This document shows positions 39,204 to 49,297 of a stretch of 64,000 nt of DNA, in pieces. Numbering within the stretch: position 1 is the stretch's first letter; every line of letters begins with the position of its first letter. The notes beneath the pieces were generated by a model, which ran no database searches, was not told the DNA's origin, and saw nothing but the letters and a program-made list of their open reading frames with translations. The stretch is from Candidatus Sysuimicrobium calidum (GTDB taxonomy: Bacteria > Sysuimicrobiota > Sysuimicrobiia > Sysuimicrobiales > Sysuimicrobiaceae), in NCBI GenBank assembly GCA_031459935.1, contig JAVKHN010000004.1:14041-78040 (forward strand), in the 5' to 3' direction. The position numbers and the translations under genes are program-made.

Positions 39204-40349
39204 CTACTCCTGTATGCGGGCGACGGTCCGGCTTTTCCGGAACCGGTCGAGGGTAAAGGGCCGGGCGATCTCCAGTAGCTCCCCGTGGAGGATGTAATGG
39301 GAGATCACCTCCGCGGTGATGGGTGCCAGCAGAATCCCGTTGCGGTAGTGACCCGTGGCCAGCACCAGCCCCTCCACCTCCGTGGGGCCCAGGATGGGTG
39401 CGTCGTCCCGGCTGCCGGGTCGGAACCCCACCCACGTGTCCACCAGCGGCAGCTCCTCGATCCCCGGGAGGATCTCCCAGGCTCCCCGCAGCAGCTGCAG
39501 GATCCCGCCCGCGGTGAGGCTCCCGTCAAACCCTTTTTCCTCCACCGTGGCCCCCACCAGCAGCCGGCCATCCCGCCGCGGCACGAGGTACGCATCCGGT
39601 CCCCACACCACGTGCCGGAGAAGGGGTGCGTCGCGCGGCATCTGCACGGCCAGCATCTGCCCCTTGACGGGCCGGACGGGAGGCCGCACGGAATCCGGAA
39701 GGCCCGGGAGGGTGGCGGACCAGGCCCCCGCGGCCAGAACCACCCAGGAGGCCTCGAGAAACGTGTGCGGCAGGCGCACGCCCAGCACCCGTCCCTGGTC
39801 CACCACGATGCGGGTCACCTCCGTGTTCTCCCGAAGCCGACCTCCGGCCCGGCGGAAGGCTTCCGCCAGGGCCCGGGCCACCTTCACGTTGTCCACCTGG
39901 TGGTCGAGGGGGCTGCGGATGGCGGCCGCGACCCGGTGGGAGAGGTAGGGCTCCATGCGCCGGGCTTCCTCCCCGGACAGCCACTCCGTGGGAAGCCCGT
40001 GCCGCTTCTGGAACCCGTACAGGAACCGCAGCCGTTCCACGTCATCCCGGTCCAGGGCCACCACGAGCGTCCCCTCGTCCCGGTAGTCCACCACCAGGCC
40101 GCTTGCCGCCTCCAGCTCCTGGGCGAACGCCACCCACCGGTCCCGGCTTGCCCGCAGCAGCGGCAGCATCCACTCCTCACCCGGCTCCGCCTCCGCGTAC
40201 GGGGCCAGCATGCCCGCCGCGGCCGCGGTGGCGCCTAGGCCCGCCTGGCCCTTCTCCAGGATGGTCACGGAGCGGCCCGCGCGGGCCAGGTACCAGCCGA
40301 TGCTGAGCCCGCAGATCCCGCCGCCGACGATCGCCACCTCTTCCGGCAT
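39204..40349 (-). CDS. thiO: Glycine oxidase ThiO-like FAD oxidoreductase
   Basis: GGGICG, AAAGML, PVKGQ, GFRP, GHYRNGILLAP. Confidence 0.9.
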   Translation of the reverse strand: MPEEVAIVGGGICGLSIGWYLARAGRSVTILEKGQAGLGATAAAAGMLAPYAEAEPGEEWMLPLLRASRDRWVAFAQELEAASGLVVDYRDEGTLVVALDRDDVERLRFLYGFQKRHGLPTEWLSGEEARRMEPYLSHRVAAAIRSPLDHQVDNVKVARALAEAFRRAGGRLRENTEVTRIVVDQGRVLGVRLPHTFLEASWVVLAAGAWSATLPGLPDSVRPPVRPVKGQMLAVQMPRDAPLLRHVVWGPDAYLVPRRDGRLLVGATVEEKGFDGSLTAGGILQLLRGAWEILPGIEELPLVDTWVGFRPGSRDDAPILGPTEVEGLVLATGHYRNGILLAPITAEVISHYILHGELLEIARPFTLDRFRKSRTVARIQE

Positions 40350-40352
40350 GGC

Positions 40353-40826
40353 CTATCGCTCGCCCTCCGGCAGCACCTTCAGCAGGTTCGCCATCTCCAG
40401 GGCGGCCAGGGCCGCGTCCCGTCCGCGGTTTCCGCCCTTCGTGCCCGCCCGCTCCAGGGCCTGCTCCAGGGTGTCCGCGGTGAGGATCCCGTAGATCACA
40501 GGGACACCGGTGCTGAGCGCCGCCTGGGCCACGCCCGCCGCACTCTGGCCCGCCACGTACTCGAAGTGCGGGGTTGCTCCCCGGATCACGGTCCCCAGAC
40601 AGATCACCGCGTGGTACCGGCCGCTTCGAGCAAGGCGCAGGGCCACAAGCGGGATCTCGAAGGCACCCGGAACCCAGGCCACGTCCACCTCCTCCGCCCC
40701 GTGCCGGCGCAGGGTGTCCAGCGCCCCTTCCAGGAGCAGGCGGGTGATGGCCTCGTTGAACCGGCTCACCACCACGCCCACACGCAGCCCCCGTCCGTCC
40801 AGATGTCCCTCAAACGCCTGTCCCAA
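40353..40826 (-). CDS. ribH: 6,7-dimethyl-8-ribityllumazine synthase
   Basis: [29 protein letters not shown]. Confidence 0.96.
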   Translation of the reverse strand: MGQAFEGHLDGRGLRVGVVVSRFNEAITRLLLEGALDTLRRHGAEEVDVAWVPGAFEIPLVALRLARSGRYHAVICLGTVIRGATPHFEYVAGQSAAGVAQAALSTGVPVIYGILTADTLEQALERAGTKGGNRGRDAALAALEMANLLKVLPEGER

Positions 40827-42042
40827 GGAGCTCCTCCACGCCGTCCAGCAGATGGCCCAGGCGCATCCGCTTGGCCCGCAGGTAGGCCAGGTTCTCCGGT
40901 CGCACGCCCACCACCAGCGGCACGCGTTCGCTCACCTCGATCCCGCCCCGCTGCACCGCCTCCATCTTCGCGGGGTTGTTGGTGAGGAGCCTCACGCGCC
41001 GCACGCCCAGTAGTCGCAGGATTTGAGCGCCCACCATGTGGTCCCGGGCGTCCGGCGGGAAGCCCAGGGCGAGGTTGGCCTCCACGGTGTCGTGCCCCAG
41101 GTCCTGCAGGGCATAGGCCCGCACCTTGTTCGCCAGGCCGATCCCCCGGCCCTCCTGCCGCAGGTACACCACCACACCCTTTCCGGCCGCGGCGATGCGT
41201 TCCAGGGCGGTCACCAGCTGTGCCCCGCAGTCGCACCGCCACGAACCGAACACGTCCCCCGTGGTGCACTCCGAGTGCAGCCGCACGAGCACCGGTTCTG
41301 GGTCGGAGACCTCTCCCAGCACCAGGGCGAGGTGCGTCTGGTCCGTGTACCGGTGGGCGAAGGCCACTAGGCGCCAGGTCACGCCGTGGGCAGGGATCCG
41401 GGTTTCCGCCACGGGCTCCACCACGCACTCCCGCTCCAGCCGCCACCGCACGAGATCTGCCACCCGCAGCAACCGCAGCCCGTGGCGCGCGCAGAAGTTC
41501 AGGAGTTCCGGCAAGCGGGCCATGCGGCCGTCCGGTGCCAGGATCTCGCAGATGGCCGCCACGGGCTGTAGGCCCGCAAGCCGCACCAGCTCCACCGCGG
41601 CCTCCGTGTGCCCCTGCCGCTCCAGGACCCCACCGTCCCGCGCCACCAGCGGAAACACGTGGCCGGGCCGGTCCAAGTCCTCCGGTCGGGTGGCGGGATC
41701 CGCCAGGACCCGCAGTGTGGTGGCCCGGTCGTAGGCGGAGACCCCAGTGGTGACGCCTTTGCGGGCGCTCACGGAGATGGTGAACGCGGTGCCGAACCTG
41801 CTGGTGTTCTCGGCAGCCATGGGCGGAAGATGCAGGGCCTGGGCCCGCCCCCGGGTGAGGGGAGCGCACAGGAGCCCCCGTCCTTCCCGCAGCATGAAGT
41901 TCACGGCCTGCGGGGTGGCGTGGGCGGCGGCGAGCACCAGATCCCCCTCGTTCTCCCGGTCCTCATCGTCCACCACCACCACGAACTCGCCGCGTCCGAT
42001 GCGCGCCGCGGCCTCCTCCACGGAGATCCAGGGTTCGGTCAT
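40810..42042 (-). CDS. ribBA: Bifunctional DHBP synthase/GTP cyclohydrolase II
   Basis: [50 protein letters not shown]. Confidence 0.96.
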   Translation of the reverse strand: MTEPWISVEEAAARIGRGEFVVVVDDEDRENEGDLVLAAAHATPQAVNFMLREGRGLLCAPLTRGRAQALHLPPMAAENTSRFGTAFTISVSARKGVTTGVSAYDRATTLRVLADPATRPEDLDRPGHVFPLVARDGGVLERQGHTEAAVELVRLAGLQPVAAICEILAPDGRMARLPELLNFCARHGLRLLRVADLVRWRLERECVVEPVAETRIPAHGVTWRLVAFAHRYTDQTHLALVLGEVSDPEPVLVRLHSECTTGDVFGSWRCDCGAQLVTALERIAAAGKGVVVYLRQEGRGIGLANKVRAYALQDLGHDTVEANLALGFPPDARDHMVGAQILRLLGVRRVRLLTNNPAKMEAVQRGGIEVSERVPLVVGVRPENLAYLRAKRMRLGHLLDGVEELLGTGV

Positions 42043-42629
42043 CGCCCCTCCCTCCACCCGCTCAGCAGCTGTTCCACGTACTTGGCCAGGATGTCCGCCT
42101 CCAGGTTCACGAGCTCCCCGGGACCGCGCCGGCCCAGGGTGGTATGCCGCAGGGTGTACGGGATGAGGCACACGGAGAACACCTCCCCCCGCACGCCCGC
42201 CACCGTGAGGCTCACCCCGTCCACCGCCACGGATCCCCGTGGCACGAGATACCGAGCCACCTCCGACGGGGCGCTGATCTCCATCCACACGCACTCCCCT
42301 TCCGGCTCCAGGGACATCACGCGGCCCGTGCCGTCCACGTGCCCCTGCACGAAGTGTCCCCCAAGCCGCCCCGTGGCGAGAAGCGGCCGCTCCAGGTTCA
42401 CCGCGTCTCCCGGTCCTCGCAGCCCCAATGTGGTGCGCTGCAGGGTGGCGGGGCTCAGGTCCACGGCGAACGCGAAGGGCCGGAGGGCCACCACGGTGAG
42501 GCACACTCCGTCCACCGCGATGCTGGAACCCTCCCGCAGATCCTCCAAAACCCGCTCTGCTCCAATCCACAGGCGGGCATCGGTGCGCTCCAAGACGCGG
42601 CCGACCTCCTCCACGATCCCGGCGAACAT
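42039..42629 (-). CDS. ribE: Riboflavin synthase alpha chain
   Basis: MFAGIV, SIAVDGVCLT, GGHFVQGHVD, VNLEAD. Confidence 0.96.
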   Translation of the reverse strand: MFAGIVEEVGRVLERTDARLWIGAERVLEDLREGSSIAVDGVCLTVVALRPFAFAVDLSPATLQRTTLGLRGPGDAVNLERPLLATGRLGGHFVQGHVDGTGRVMSLEPEGECVWMEISAPSEVARYLVPRGSVAVDGVSLTVAGVRGEVFSVCLIPYTLRHTTLGRRGPGELVNLEADILAKYVEQLLSGWREGR

Positions 42630-43765
42630 CACCGCACCCGCCCGGCCCCCGCGACCTCTCCTCGCACGGGTAAAGCCCCGCTCACCTCCGCCTCCACGCA
42701 CAGATCCGTCCCCACGGGCCGCACGGTAAGGTTGCGGAGCCGCAGGGCCTGTGTGATCTCCGCGATGCCCGCACCGCCCACAGGACCTGGAGCCTCGCGT
42801 CCTCCCATCAGCACCGGCGCGATGAAGGCCACGATGCGATCCGCAAGCCCGGCTTCCAGCACCGCGGCATGGAGGGTACTCCCGCCTTCCACCAGCACGC
42901 TCAGCACCCCGCGTTCTCCAAGCCGCCTGAGGAGGTCCCGGAGAGAGACCCGGCCGTCCTCCGCCGCGCACACCCATACCTCCGCCCCACAGCGCCGAAG
43001 CCGCTCCGCCTCCTCGGGTCGTGCCCGGGGGGTCGCGGCCACCACCACCGGAGAACTCCCTTCCCGCAGCATCCGGGCATCCGAGGGGGTGCGCAGATGG
43101 CTGTCGGCCACCACCCGCAGGGGATCCCGACCTCCGGGGATCCGGCAGGTGAGGGCGGGGTCGTCGCGCAGCACGGTTCCGATTCCCACCAGCACCGCGT
43201 CGTGAACATCGCGCAGCCGGTGGGCCTCTTCCCGGGCCTGGGGGCCGGTGATCCAGCGGGAGGAGCCCGTGCGGGTGGCGATGCGGCCATCGAGGGACAT
43301 GGCCCACTTCACGGTCACGAGCGGAAGTCCGGTAGTGCGGTGCTTGAGGTACGGGGCGTTGAGCCGCCGCGCCTCCTCCTCCAGCACGCCCACCTCCACC
43401 TCCAAGCCGGCCGCCCGCAGCCGTGCGATGCCCCTTCCGCGTACCCGGGGATCCGGATCCTCGTGAGCCACCACCACCCGGCTGATCCCTGCGGCCAGGA
43501 TGGCCTGTGTGCAGGGAGGCGTCCGACCGTGGTGGTCGCAGGGCTCCAGGTTCACGTACAGGGTGGCGCCTCGGGCGAGGGGTCCTGCGGCCCTCAGGGC
43601 CACCACCTCCGCGTGAGGAGCTCCCGCGGCCGCGTGGTACCCGCAGCCCACCTCCTGCCCCTGCCGCACCACCACCGCGCCCACAAGGGGGTTGGGGCTC
43701 GTACGGCCCTGGCCGGACCGGGCCATCTCCAGGACCCGGCGCATCCAGTAGGCGTCGTCAACCAT
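42629..43765 (-). CDS. ribD: Riboflavin deaminase/reductase
   Basis: PNPLVG, HAE, LEPCDHHGRTPPC, SLDG, VEGG. Confidence 0.96.
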   Translation of the reverse strand: MVDDAYWMRRVLEMARSGQGRTSPNPLVGAVVVRQGQEVGCGYHAAAGAPHAEVVALRAAGPLARGATLYVNLEPCDHHGRTPPCTQAILAAGISRVVVAHEDPDPRVRGRGIARLRAAGLEVEVGVLEEEARRLNAPYLKHRTTGLPLVTVKWAMSLDGRIATRTGSSRWITGPQAREEAHRLRDVHDAVLVGIGTVLRDDPALTCRIPGGRDPLRVVADSHLRTPSDARMLREGSSPVVVAATPRARPEEAERLRRCGAEVWVCAAEDGRVSLRDLLRRLGERGVLSVLVEGGSTLHAAVLEAGLADRIVAFIAPVLMGGREAPGPVGGAGIAEITQALRLRNLTVRPVGTDLCVEAEVSGALPVRGEVAGAGRVR

Positions 43766-43836
43766 AAGCGCCCGAAGGAATGGACCTTCGGGCGCAGGGA
43801 AACCAGCTGGGAAGGGCGCAGCGCTCCCGTTTTGCC

Positions 43837-44006
43837 CGACCTTCTCCCATCCGGACTGTACCGTCGGCCCCGGACTCGCCACAAAGGCGGCTCACCGGCG
43901 TCCACCGCGCCTCAGACCGTGCGCGGGTCGCGGGCTCGCGTCTTCACGCTTACCGCCGGTCGGGAATCACCAGCACTGCGGCCGGCTCACCCTGCCCCGA
44001 AGGTCG
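43837..44006 (-). ncRNA. FMN riboswitch (RFN element)
   Basis: CTTCGGGGCAGGGTGA...TTCCCGACCGGCGGT...AGCCCGCGA...CCGACGGTACAGTCCGGATGGGAGAAG; downstream hairpin at 43768-43795 abuts the ribD ATG and can alternatively pair with the aptamer 5' strand. Confidence 0.95.
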
Positions 44007-44022
44007 CATTCGGTTTACTGCT

Positions 44023-44051
44023 ACTGTACTTCTCTCCGGCTCCTTCTGCAA
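44023..44051 (-). promoter_or_regulatory. Sigma70-type promoter for the rib operon
   Basis: TTGCAG-17 nt-TACAGT on the minus strand ahead of the FMN aptamer. Confidence 0.6.
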
Positions 44052-44270
44052 GGGGATCCCGACGGCATCCTCGGGAGAGGTCAGATCCGGCAGGGCGCCT
44101 GGACCCTCCGCGGCTTGATGGTGCGGGCGGGAGCGGGCTGTCGATCGCTCCCACCCGCACCGCCGCCCTTCCGGCTGCCCGTGCTCTGGCTGTTGCTTGG
44201 CTCTTGACTTTTGTACGCACCCAGATCTCCATAATCTCAGGGCAATTCTCCTCGCGTTCAGAGGGGGCGT

Positions 44271-45209
44271 ATGATCCTGCGGCTCGCCCATGTGGAACTG
44301 CGGGTGACCGACCTCGAACCTGCCAGGCGTTTTTACGCGGAGATCCTGGGATTTACAGAAGTGCTGCAGGTTGAGAGCAGTCTCTATCTGAGAGCGTCAG
44401 AGGAATTCGACCTGTGGTCGCTTCGACTGACTCAGTCGTCCGCTCCGGGACTCGGCCACTGCGCGTTTCGGGTTTCCTCCTCTGCATACCTGGACGAGCT
44501 CGAAACGCTTCACAGACGGCTGGGGTTGCCGACCCGCCGGTTGCCTGCGGCACAGGAGCCCGGACAGGGAGAGGCCCTTCGGGCCCTCACGCCGGAGGGA
44601 TATCCGGTGGAGTTCTTCCACGGGATGGAGGAAATTCCCATCTATGGTGCACGCCGCAGGCCCCACCTTCCGACCCGACACGGTGACCGCCCTCCGGGCT
44701 CCCGGCCCCTACGTATTGATCACATCCACTTACGGACCACGGATCCGGGTACACATCTGTCGTATTGGGAGCAGACCCTCGGGTTCCGGGCCTTCGCCTA
44801 CGTGGTCTCAGGGGATCGGATCCGGAGCGCCTTCCTGCGCCGGCGGCCGGCGACCCACGATGTGGCCCTGGCTACGGGAAACGGTACCGGCCTTCATCAT
44901 GTGGCCTACTATGTTGCGGACTGGAACGACCTGGCGTATTTCGCCAATCGCCTTAGCCGGTTCGGCATGTCGGAACGGATTGAACTGGGCCCCACCCGGC
45001 ACAATTTAAGCAATGCCTTCTGCATGTACGTCCGGGATCCCAGCGGGAACCGGCTGGAGCTGTTTAGCGGGGATTACCAGCGTGATCTCGACCGCGACCC
45101 CATCCTGTGGGAAGAAGAGGATTATCGCTCGCGGGGATGGAACGCGTGGAACACGCATATGCCGGTATCTCTGGCGGAATGTACGGACATACATGGTCCG
45201 TGGCCTTAA
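44271..45209 (+). CDS. VOC extradiol dioxygenase, HpaD (3,4-dihydroxyphenylacetate 2,3-dioxygenase)-like
   Basis: RLAHVELRVTDL, IDHIH, HDVAL, LHHVAY, GPTRH..SNAF..YVRDPSGNRLELF..DY. Confidence 0.85.
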   Translation: MILRLAHVELRVTDLEPARRFYAEILGFTEVLQVESSLYLRASEEFDLWSLRLTQSSAPGLGHCAFRVSSSAYLDELETLHRRLGLPTRRLPAAQEPGQGEALRALTPEGYPVEFFHGMEEIPIYGARRRPHLPTRHGDRPPGSRPLRIDHIHLRTTDPGTHLSYWEQTLGFRAFAYVVSGDRIRSAFLRRRPATHDVALATGNGTGLHHVAYYVADWNDLAYFANRLSRFGMSERIELGPTRHNLSNAFCMYVRDPSGNRLELFSGDYQRDLDRDPILWEEEDYRSRGWNAWNTHMPVSLAECTDIHGPWP

Positions 45210-45233
45210 CGGGAGGCATCAGGAGGGAGATGG

Positions 45234-46658
45234 ATGCAGCAGGGAAGGCGGAAGAGCCTGGAGGATCTCCTGCGGGAGAACCGCTACGATGTTGTGTCCT
45301 TTTTGCGGAGCAACAATCCCGCGGCGAGGATGGGATCCACCTTTGGCGAGTTCTCCCGGGTTCCCGTGCAGGTCTCCGACTGGTTCGAGGAGACCAGAGC
45401 CTGGCGCAGAACGGTTGCACTTTTTGACCAGTCGCATCACATGACGAATCTTTTTCTCAAAGGGCCGGATGCGCTGCGCCTGCTCAGTCTGCTGGGGGTG
45501 AACACCTTTCGCAACTTCGTACAGGGCCGGGCAAAGCAGTTCCTCGTGTGCAACGACGAAGGTTACGTGATCCGGGACGCAGTGTTGTTTTACCTGGAGA
45601 AAGACTCCTTCCAGCTCGTGGCAAGGCCTCCGGCCCTGAACTGGGTGCAGTACCATGCGGAGACGGGAGGCTACCGTGTGACGGTGGAGCGGGACGAGCG
45701 GAGCGCGTTCAACCCCTCCGGCCGAAGAAGGGTATACCGCTATCAGCTGCAGGGACCCAATGCTCCGAAGCTTCTGGAGAAGTTAAACGGAGGTCCTCTA
45801 CCGGAAATCCCCTTCTTTCATTTTGCGAAGATCCAGGTTGGGAAACGGAGTGCGTGGGCCCTGCACCACGGCATGGCGGGAGTCGCGGGAATGGAGATCT
45901 TCGGCCCCTGGGAGGAGGCGGAGGAAGTCAGGGAGGCCATACGGGAGGCGGGGAAAGAGTTCGGACTGCAGGAAGCGGGACACCGGGCATATCTGGTGAG
46001 CATCGTGGAAACCGGATGGGTGCCCCTCCCCGTTCCCGCCATCTACACGGAGGCCCGGCTGCGTCCTTACCGGGAGTGGCTTCCCGCGGATAGCCTGGAG
46101 GCCACGGGGAGTATCGGGGGAAGTTTTGACTCCTCGAGAATAGAGGAGTATTACCTCACCCCTTGGGATCTGGGCTACGGGCACCTGGTAAAGTTCGACC
46201 ACGATTTTATCGGCAAAGAGGCTCTGGCGGAGAAGGCAAAGGATCCGCGGCGGAAGAAGGTCACCCTGGTCTGGCGCGGGGAGGACGTTCTGCAGAGGAT
46301 CTTCAGACCGCTCTTTGAAGGAGGGCCCCGGGGGAGGTTCATCGAGCTGCCGCTGGTGGGATACGCCACGTGGCATTACGACAAGGTGCTGAGCAGGGAC
46401 GGAAGGTGGATCGGATTCTCCTCCTTCGGAGCGTACAGCGCCAACGAACACGCGATCCTGACCGTGGGTGTGGTGGACCGGGAGTTCGCGGAGCCGGGGA
46501 CAGAGGTCGTGGTGGTGTGGGGGGAGAGGAGAGGGACCCCGGAGGGCGATGAGAATGGGGTGGTTCCTGTGGAGATCCGGGCAACGGTAGGCCCTGTACC
46601 GTTCTCGGAGGCGGCGAGAAGGTACCGGGCCTCGGTGGGAGCTCGGCCGGTATTGTAG
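45234..46658 (+). CDS. THF-dependent aryl O-demethylase (LigM/DesA-like, GcvT family)
   Basis: LFDQSHHM, NWVQYHAE, YRYQLQGP, LHHGMAG, G.RAY, GWVP.P.PAIY, KFDHDFIG. Confidence 0.88.
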   Translation: MQQGRRKSLEDLLRENRYDVVSFLRSNNPAARMGSTFGEFSRVPVQVSDWFEETRAWRRTVALFDQSHHMTNLFLKGPDALRLLSLLGVNTFRNFVQGRAKQFLVCNDEGYVIRDAVLFYLEKDSFQLVARPPALNWVQYHAETGGYRVTVERDERSAFNPSGRRRVYRYQLQGPNAPKLLEKLNGGPLPEIPFFHFAKIQVGKRSAWALHHGMAGVAGMEIFGPWEEAEEVREAIREAGKEFGLQEAGHRAYLVSIVETGWVPLPVPAIYTEARLRPYREWLPADSLEATGSIGGSFDSSRIEEYYLTPWDLGYGHLVKFDHDFIGKEALAEKAKDPRRKKVTLVWRGEDVLQRIFRPLFEGGPRGRFIELPLVGYATWHYDKVLSRDGRWIGFSSFGAYSANEHAILTVGVVDREFAEPGTEVVVVWGERRGTPEGDENGVVPVEIRATVGPVPFSEAARRYRASVGARPVL

Positions 46659-46689
46659 AGGAATCCGCGGGGAAAGGGGGCGCGAGGAG

Positions 46690-48231
46690 ATGCTGAGAAG
46701 AGTCATGGCGGTGGGGATCGGCTTGGTGCTGGCGGTGTGCGTGGTGGGATTCGGTGTGCCGAGGGGGACAGCGGCGGGACCTGCGGCGGAGATCCCACGC
46801 GGGGGTACGCTGCGCCTCGGGGATGAGCTCCCGGAGGGGCTGTTCGGAATTCCGTGGAGAAGGGCGCCAAGAAGTACGGTACCTGCGGTGCCGGTTTTCG
46901 AGACCCCGATCTGGGTGGACGTGCGGGGGAGGGCGGCTCCTCACCTGGTGGAGCGTTGGGAAATCGGTCCGGATCGGAGGTCTGTTTCCCTGCGGCTTCG
47001 CAGGAACGTCCGGTTTCACGACGGCACCCTGCTGAACGCAGAGGGGTTACGGTGGAACCTGCAAAAACAAATAGAGGCCCGCAGAGCACCGGACATCGTG
47101 AGGTCCGTGGAGGTACGCGGCCCCTATGAGGTGGTGGTTCAGCTGGAGCGATGGACGAACGGCTTTCTGCTCTGGCTGGGGGGACTCGGCGCTACGGATG
47201 TGGTCTCGCCGGGCCACGTGCTGAGGGTGGGGGAGGAACAGGCGGACGCCAGACCGGTGGGGACCGGTCCGTTCCGGGTGACCCGATACGACCCAAAGGC
47301 CTTTGCGGAGTATGTGCGGTTTGACGGGTACTGGGATCGGGAGAAACCCTACCTGGATCGGCTGGAGCTTCGGTTCTTCGCGGACATGCAGACGATGAAA
47401 GCGGCCTTGCTCGCGCGACAGTTGGACGTGGCGGGATTCAATGACCCCGCGGTGATCCGGGAACTGCGGGAAAGCAGGGAGCTTCGAGAGATCTCCGGTT
47501 TGCACACGCTCAACTGGGCGCTGTGGCCGGATAGCGCCAACGCGGACTCGCCCCTCGCGGACCGGAGGGTACGGGAAGCGATCTCGCTGGCCATCGATCG
47601 GAATGCGCTTGCGGTGGGAGTAGGGTACGGGATTTTCCGACCCTGGGCGCAGATCGCGCACCCCGGACACACGGCGGCCTTGGAGGGGGGTGTGCCGATG
47701 CGGTTTGACCCGGAGCGGGCACGGCGGCTGCTGGCGGAGGCGGGATACGGGAACGGGTTCAGAACGAGAATCATCTCAGAAGCGGTCTCCCGGGACCTTG
47801 CGGTGGCCGTGCAGGGATACCTAAGCGGCGTGGGGATCGAAGCGGAGGTCGAGATCGTGGACAGGCCGCGGATGGCGGACTACCAGCGCAGGGGATGGCG
47901 GGGATTCATCCTGCATCCCATGCCCTATGTTCCGAACTTCAACAGCTGGCTGGAATTTTTCTTCATACGGCACCCGCTGGGGCAGGTCAGCCTGAAGCGG
48001 CCGGAACGGCTCACGGAAATGTGGGAGGCTTCGAGAGCCACCATCAACGAGGACCGGAACGCCACGCGGCGGCTGCACCGCTACCTGCTGGAGGAGCTCA
48101 TGGTGATCCCCCTCCTTACCGGACCGCAGAAGGTCTATTTCGCCTGGCCGCGTGTGCGAAACACGTACCTTCTGCAGGGAGCCACCTGGCCGAGGTGGAA
48201 GCCGGCGGAGGCCTGGTTGGCCCGGCAGTGA
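46690..48231 (+). CDS. ABC transporter substrate-binding protein, family 5
   Basis: Signal peptide, LRRNVRFHDGT, PVGTGPF, VREAISLAIDR, ARRLLAEAGY. Confidence 0.92.
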   Translation: MLRRVMAVGIGLVLAVCVVGFGVPRGTAAGPAAEIPRGGTLRLGDELPEGLFGIPWRRAPRSTVPAVPVFETPIWVDVRGRAAPHLVERWEIGPDRRSVSLRLRRNVRFHDGTLLNAEGLRWNLQKQIEARRAPDIVRSVEVRGPYEVVVQLERWTNGFLLWLGGLGATDVVSPGHVLRVGEEQADARPVGTGPFRVTRYDPKAFAEYVRFDGYWDREKPYLDRLELRFFADMQTMKAALLARQLDVAGFNDPAVIRELRESRELREISGLHTLNWALWPDSANADSPLADRRVREAISLAIDRNALAVGVGYGIFRPWAQIAHPGHTAALEGGVPMRFDPERARRLLAEAGYGNGFRTRIISEAVSRDLAVAVQGYLSGVGIEAEVEIVDRPRMADYQRRGWRGFILHPMPYVPNFNSWLEFFFIRHPLGQVSLKRPERLTEMWEASRATINEDRNATRRLHRYLLEELMVIPLLTGPQKVYFAWPRVRNTYLLQGATWPRWKPAEAWLARQ

Positions 48232-48314
48232 AAAGCCGGTTGCGGCCTGAGGTCCGGGGAGCCGCGGTTGACGGGGGGAGGGCTCCCGGATAGGCTGGAG
48301 GCCGGAAGGAAGCC

Positions 48315-49295
48315 ATGTCGGCGGCTGCGGGGATGGTCCGGGAGCTGGAGAGCGAGGCCCGGTGGCTGGTAGAGGAGATCCACCGGCTGCGACGGAATCG
48401 AAACGCTGTCATCCTGGCGCACAACTACCAGCTGCCGGAGATCCAGGACCTCGCGGACTTCGTGGGCGACTCCCTGGGGCTCGCGCAGGCCGCGGCCCGA
48501 ACGAGCGCGGATGTGATCGTCTTCTGCGGGGTCCACTTCATGGCGGAGACGGCCGCCATCCTCTGCCCGGACAGGACCGTGCTGCTGCCGGATCTGGAGG
48601 CCGGCTGCTCGCTCGCGGCCACCATCACCGCGGAGCAGGTGCGGGCCTGGAAGCGGGAGCACCCGGGAGCGGCGGTGGTGGCATACGTGAACACCAGCGC
48701 GGAGGTGAAGGCAGAAAGCGACTACTGCTGTACGTCCACCAACGCGGTCCAGGTGGTCTCCTCCATCCCGGAGGACAGAGAGATCCTGTTCCTTCCGGAT
48801 TTCTTCCTCGGGAGTTACGTGGCCCGGGTCACCGGTCGGCGCATGCACCTGTGGATGGGGGAGTGCCACGTGCACGCGGGGTTCCGGCCGGAGGACGTCG
48901 CGGAACTGCAGCGGGTCCATCCGGATGCGGAGCTCCTGATCCACCCCGAGTGCGGATGCGTGAGCTCCTGCATGTACTTCCTGGCCTCCGGCCATCTCCC
49001 CCCGGATCGTACGCACATCCTCTCCACGGAGGGCATGGTCCGCCGAGCGCGGACCAGTCCCGCCCGGACCTTCCTGGTGGCCACGGAGACGGGGATCCTG
49101 CACCGCATGCGCAAGGAGGCGCCCGGGAAGACCTTCCTCCCCGTGCGGGAGGATGCCATCTGCCAGTACATGAAGCGGATCACCCTCGACAAGCTCTACC
49201 GGTCCCTCCGGGACGGCGTGTACGAGGTGCGGGTGGATCCGGAGATCGCTGCCCGGGCGCGGGGAGCCATTGAGCGGATGCTGGCCCTGAGCTGA
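48315..49295 (+). CDS. nadA: Quinolinate synthase
   Basis: LAHNYQ, GDSL, FCGVHFMAE, AGCS, YVNTSA, HPEC, ST, CQYMK. Confidence 0.96.
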   Translation: MSAAAGMVRELESEARWLVEEIHRLRRNRNAVILAHNYQLPEIQDLADFVGDSLGLAQAAARTSADVIVFCGVHFMAETAAILCPDRTVLLPDLEAGCSLAATITAEQVRAWKREHPGAAVVAYVNTSAEVKAESDYCCTSTNAVQVVSSIPEDREILFLPDFFLGSYVARVTGRRMHLWMGECHVHAGFRPEDVAELQRVHPDAELLIHPECGCVSSCMYFLASGHLPPDRTHILSTEGMVRRARTSPARTFLVATETGILHRMRKEAPGKTFLPVREDAICQYMKRITLDKLYRSLRDGVYEVRVDPEIAARARGAIERMLALS

Positions 49296-49297
49296 GG

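Noticed and set aside
43766-43882. N-terminal extension of ribD given by the ORF track
   Set aside because: It runs through the FMN riboswitch; homology begins at MVDDAYWM
43987-44232. 81-aa ORF in the rib/dioxygenase intergenic region
   Set aside because: No RBS or motifs; it crosses the promoter and the aptamer
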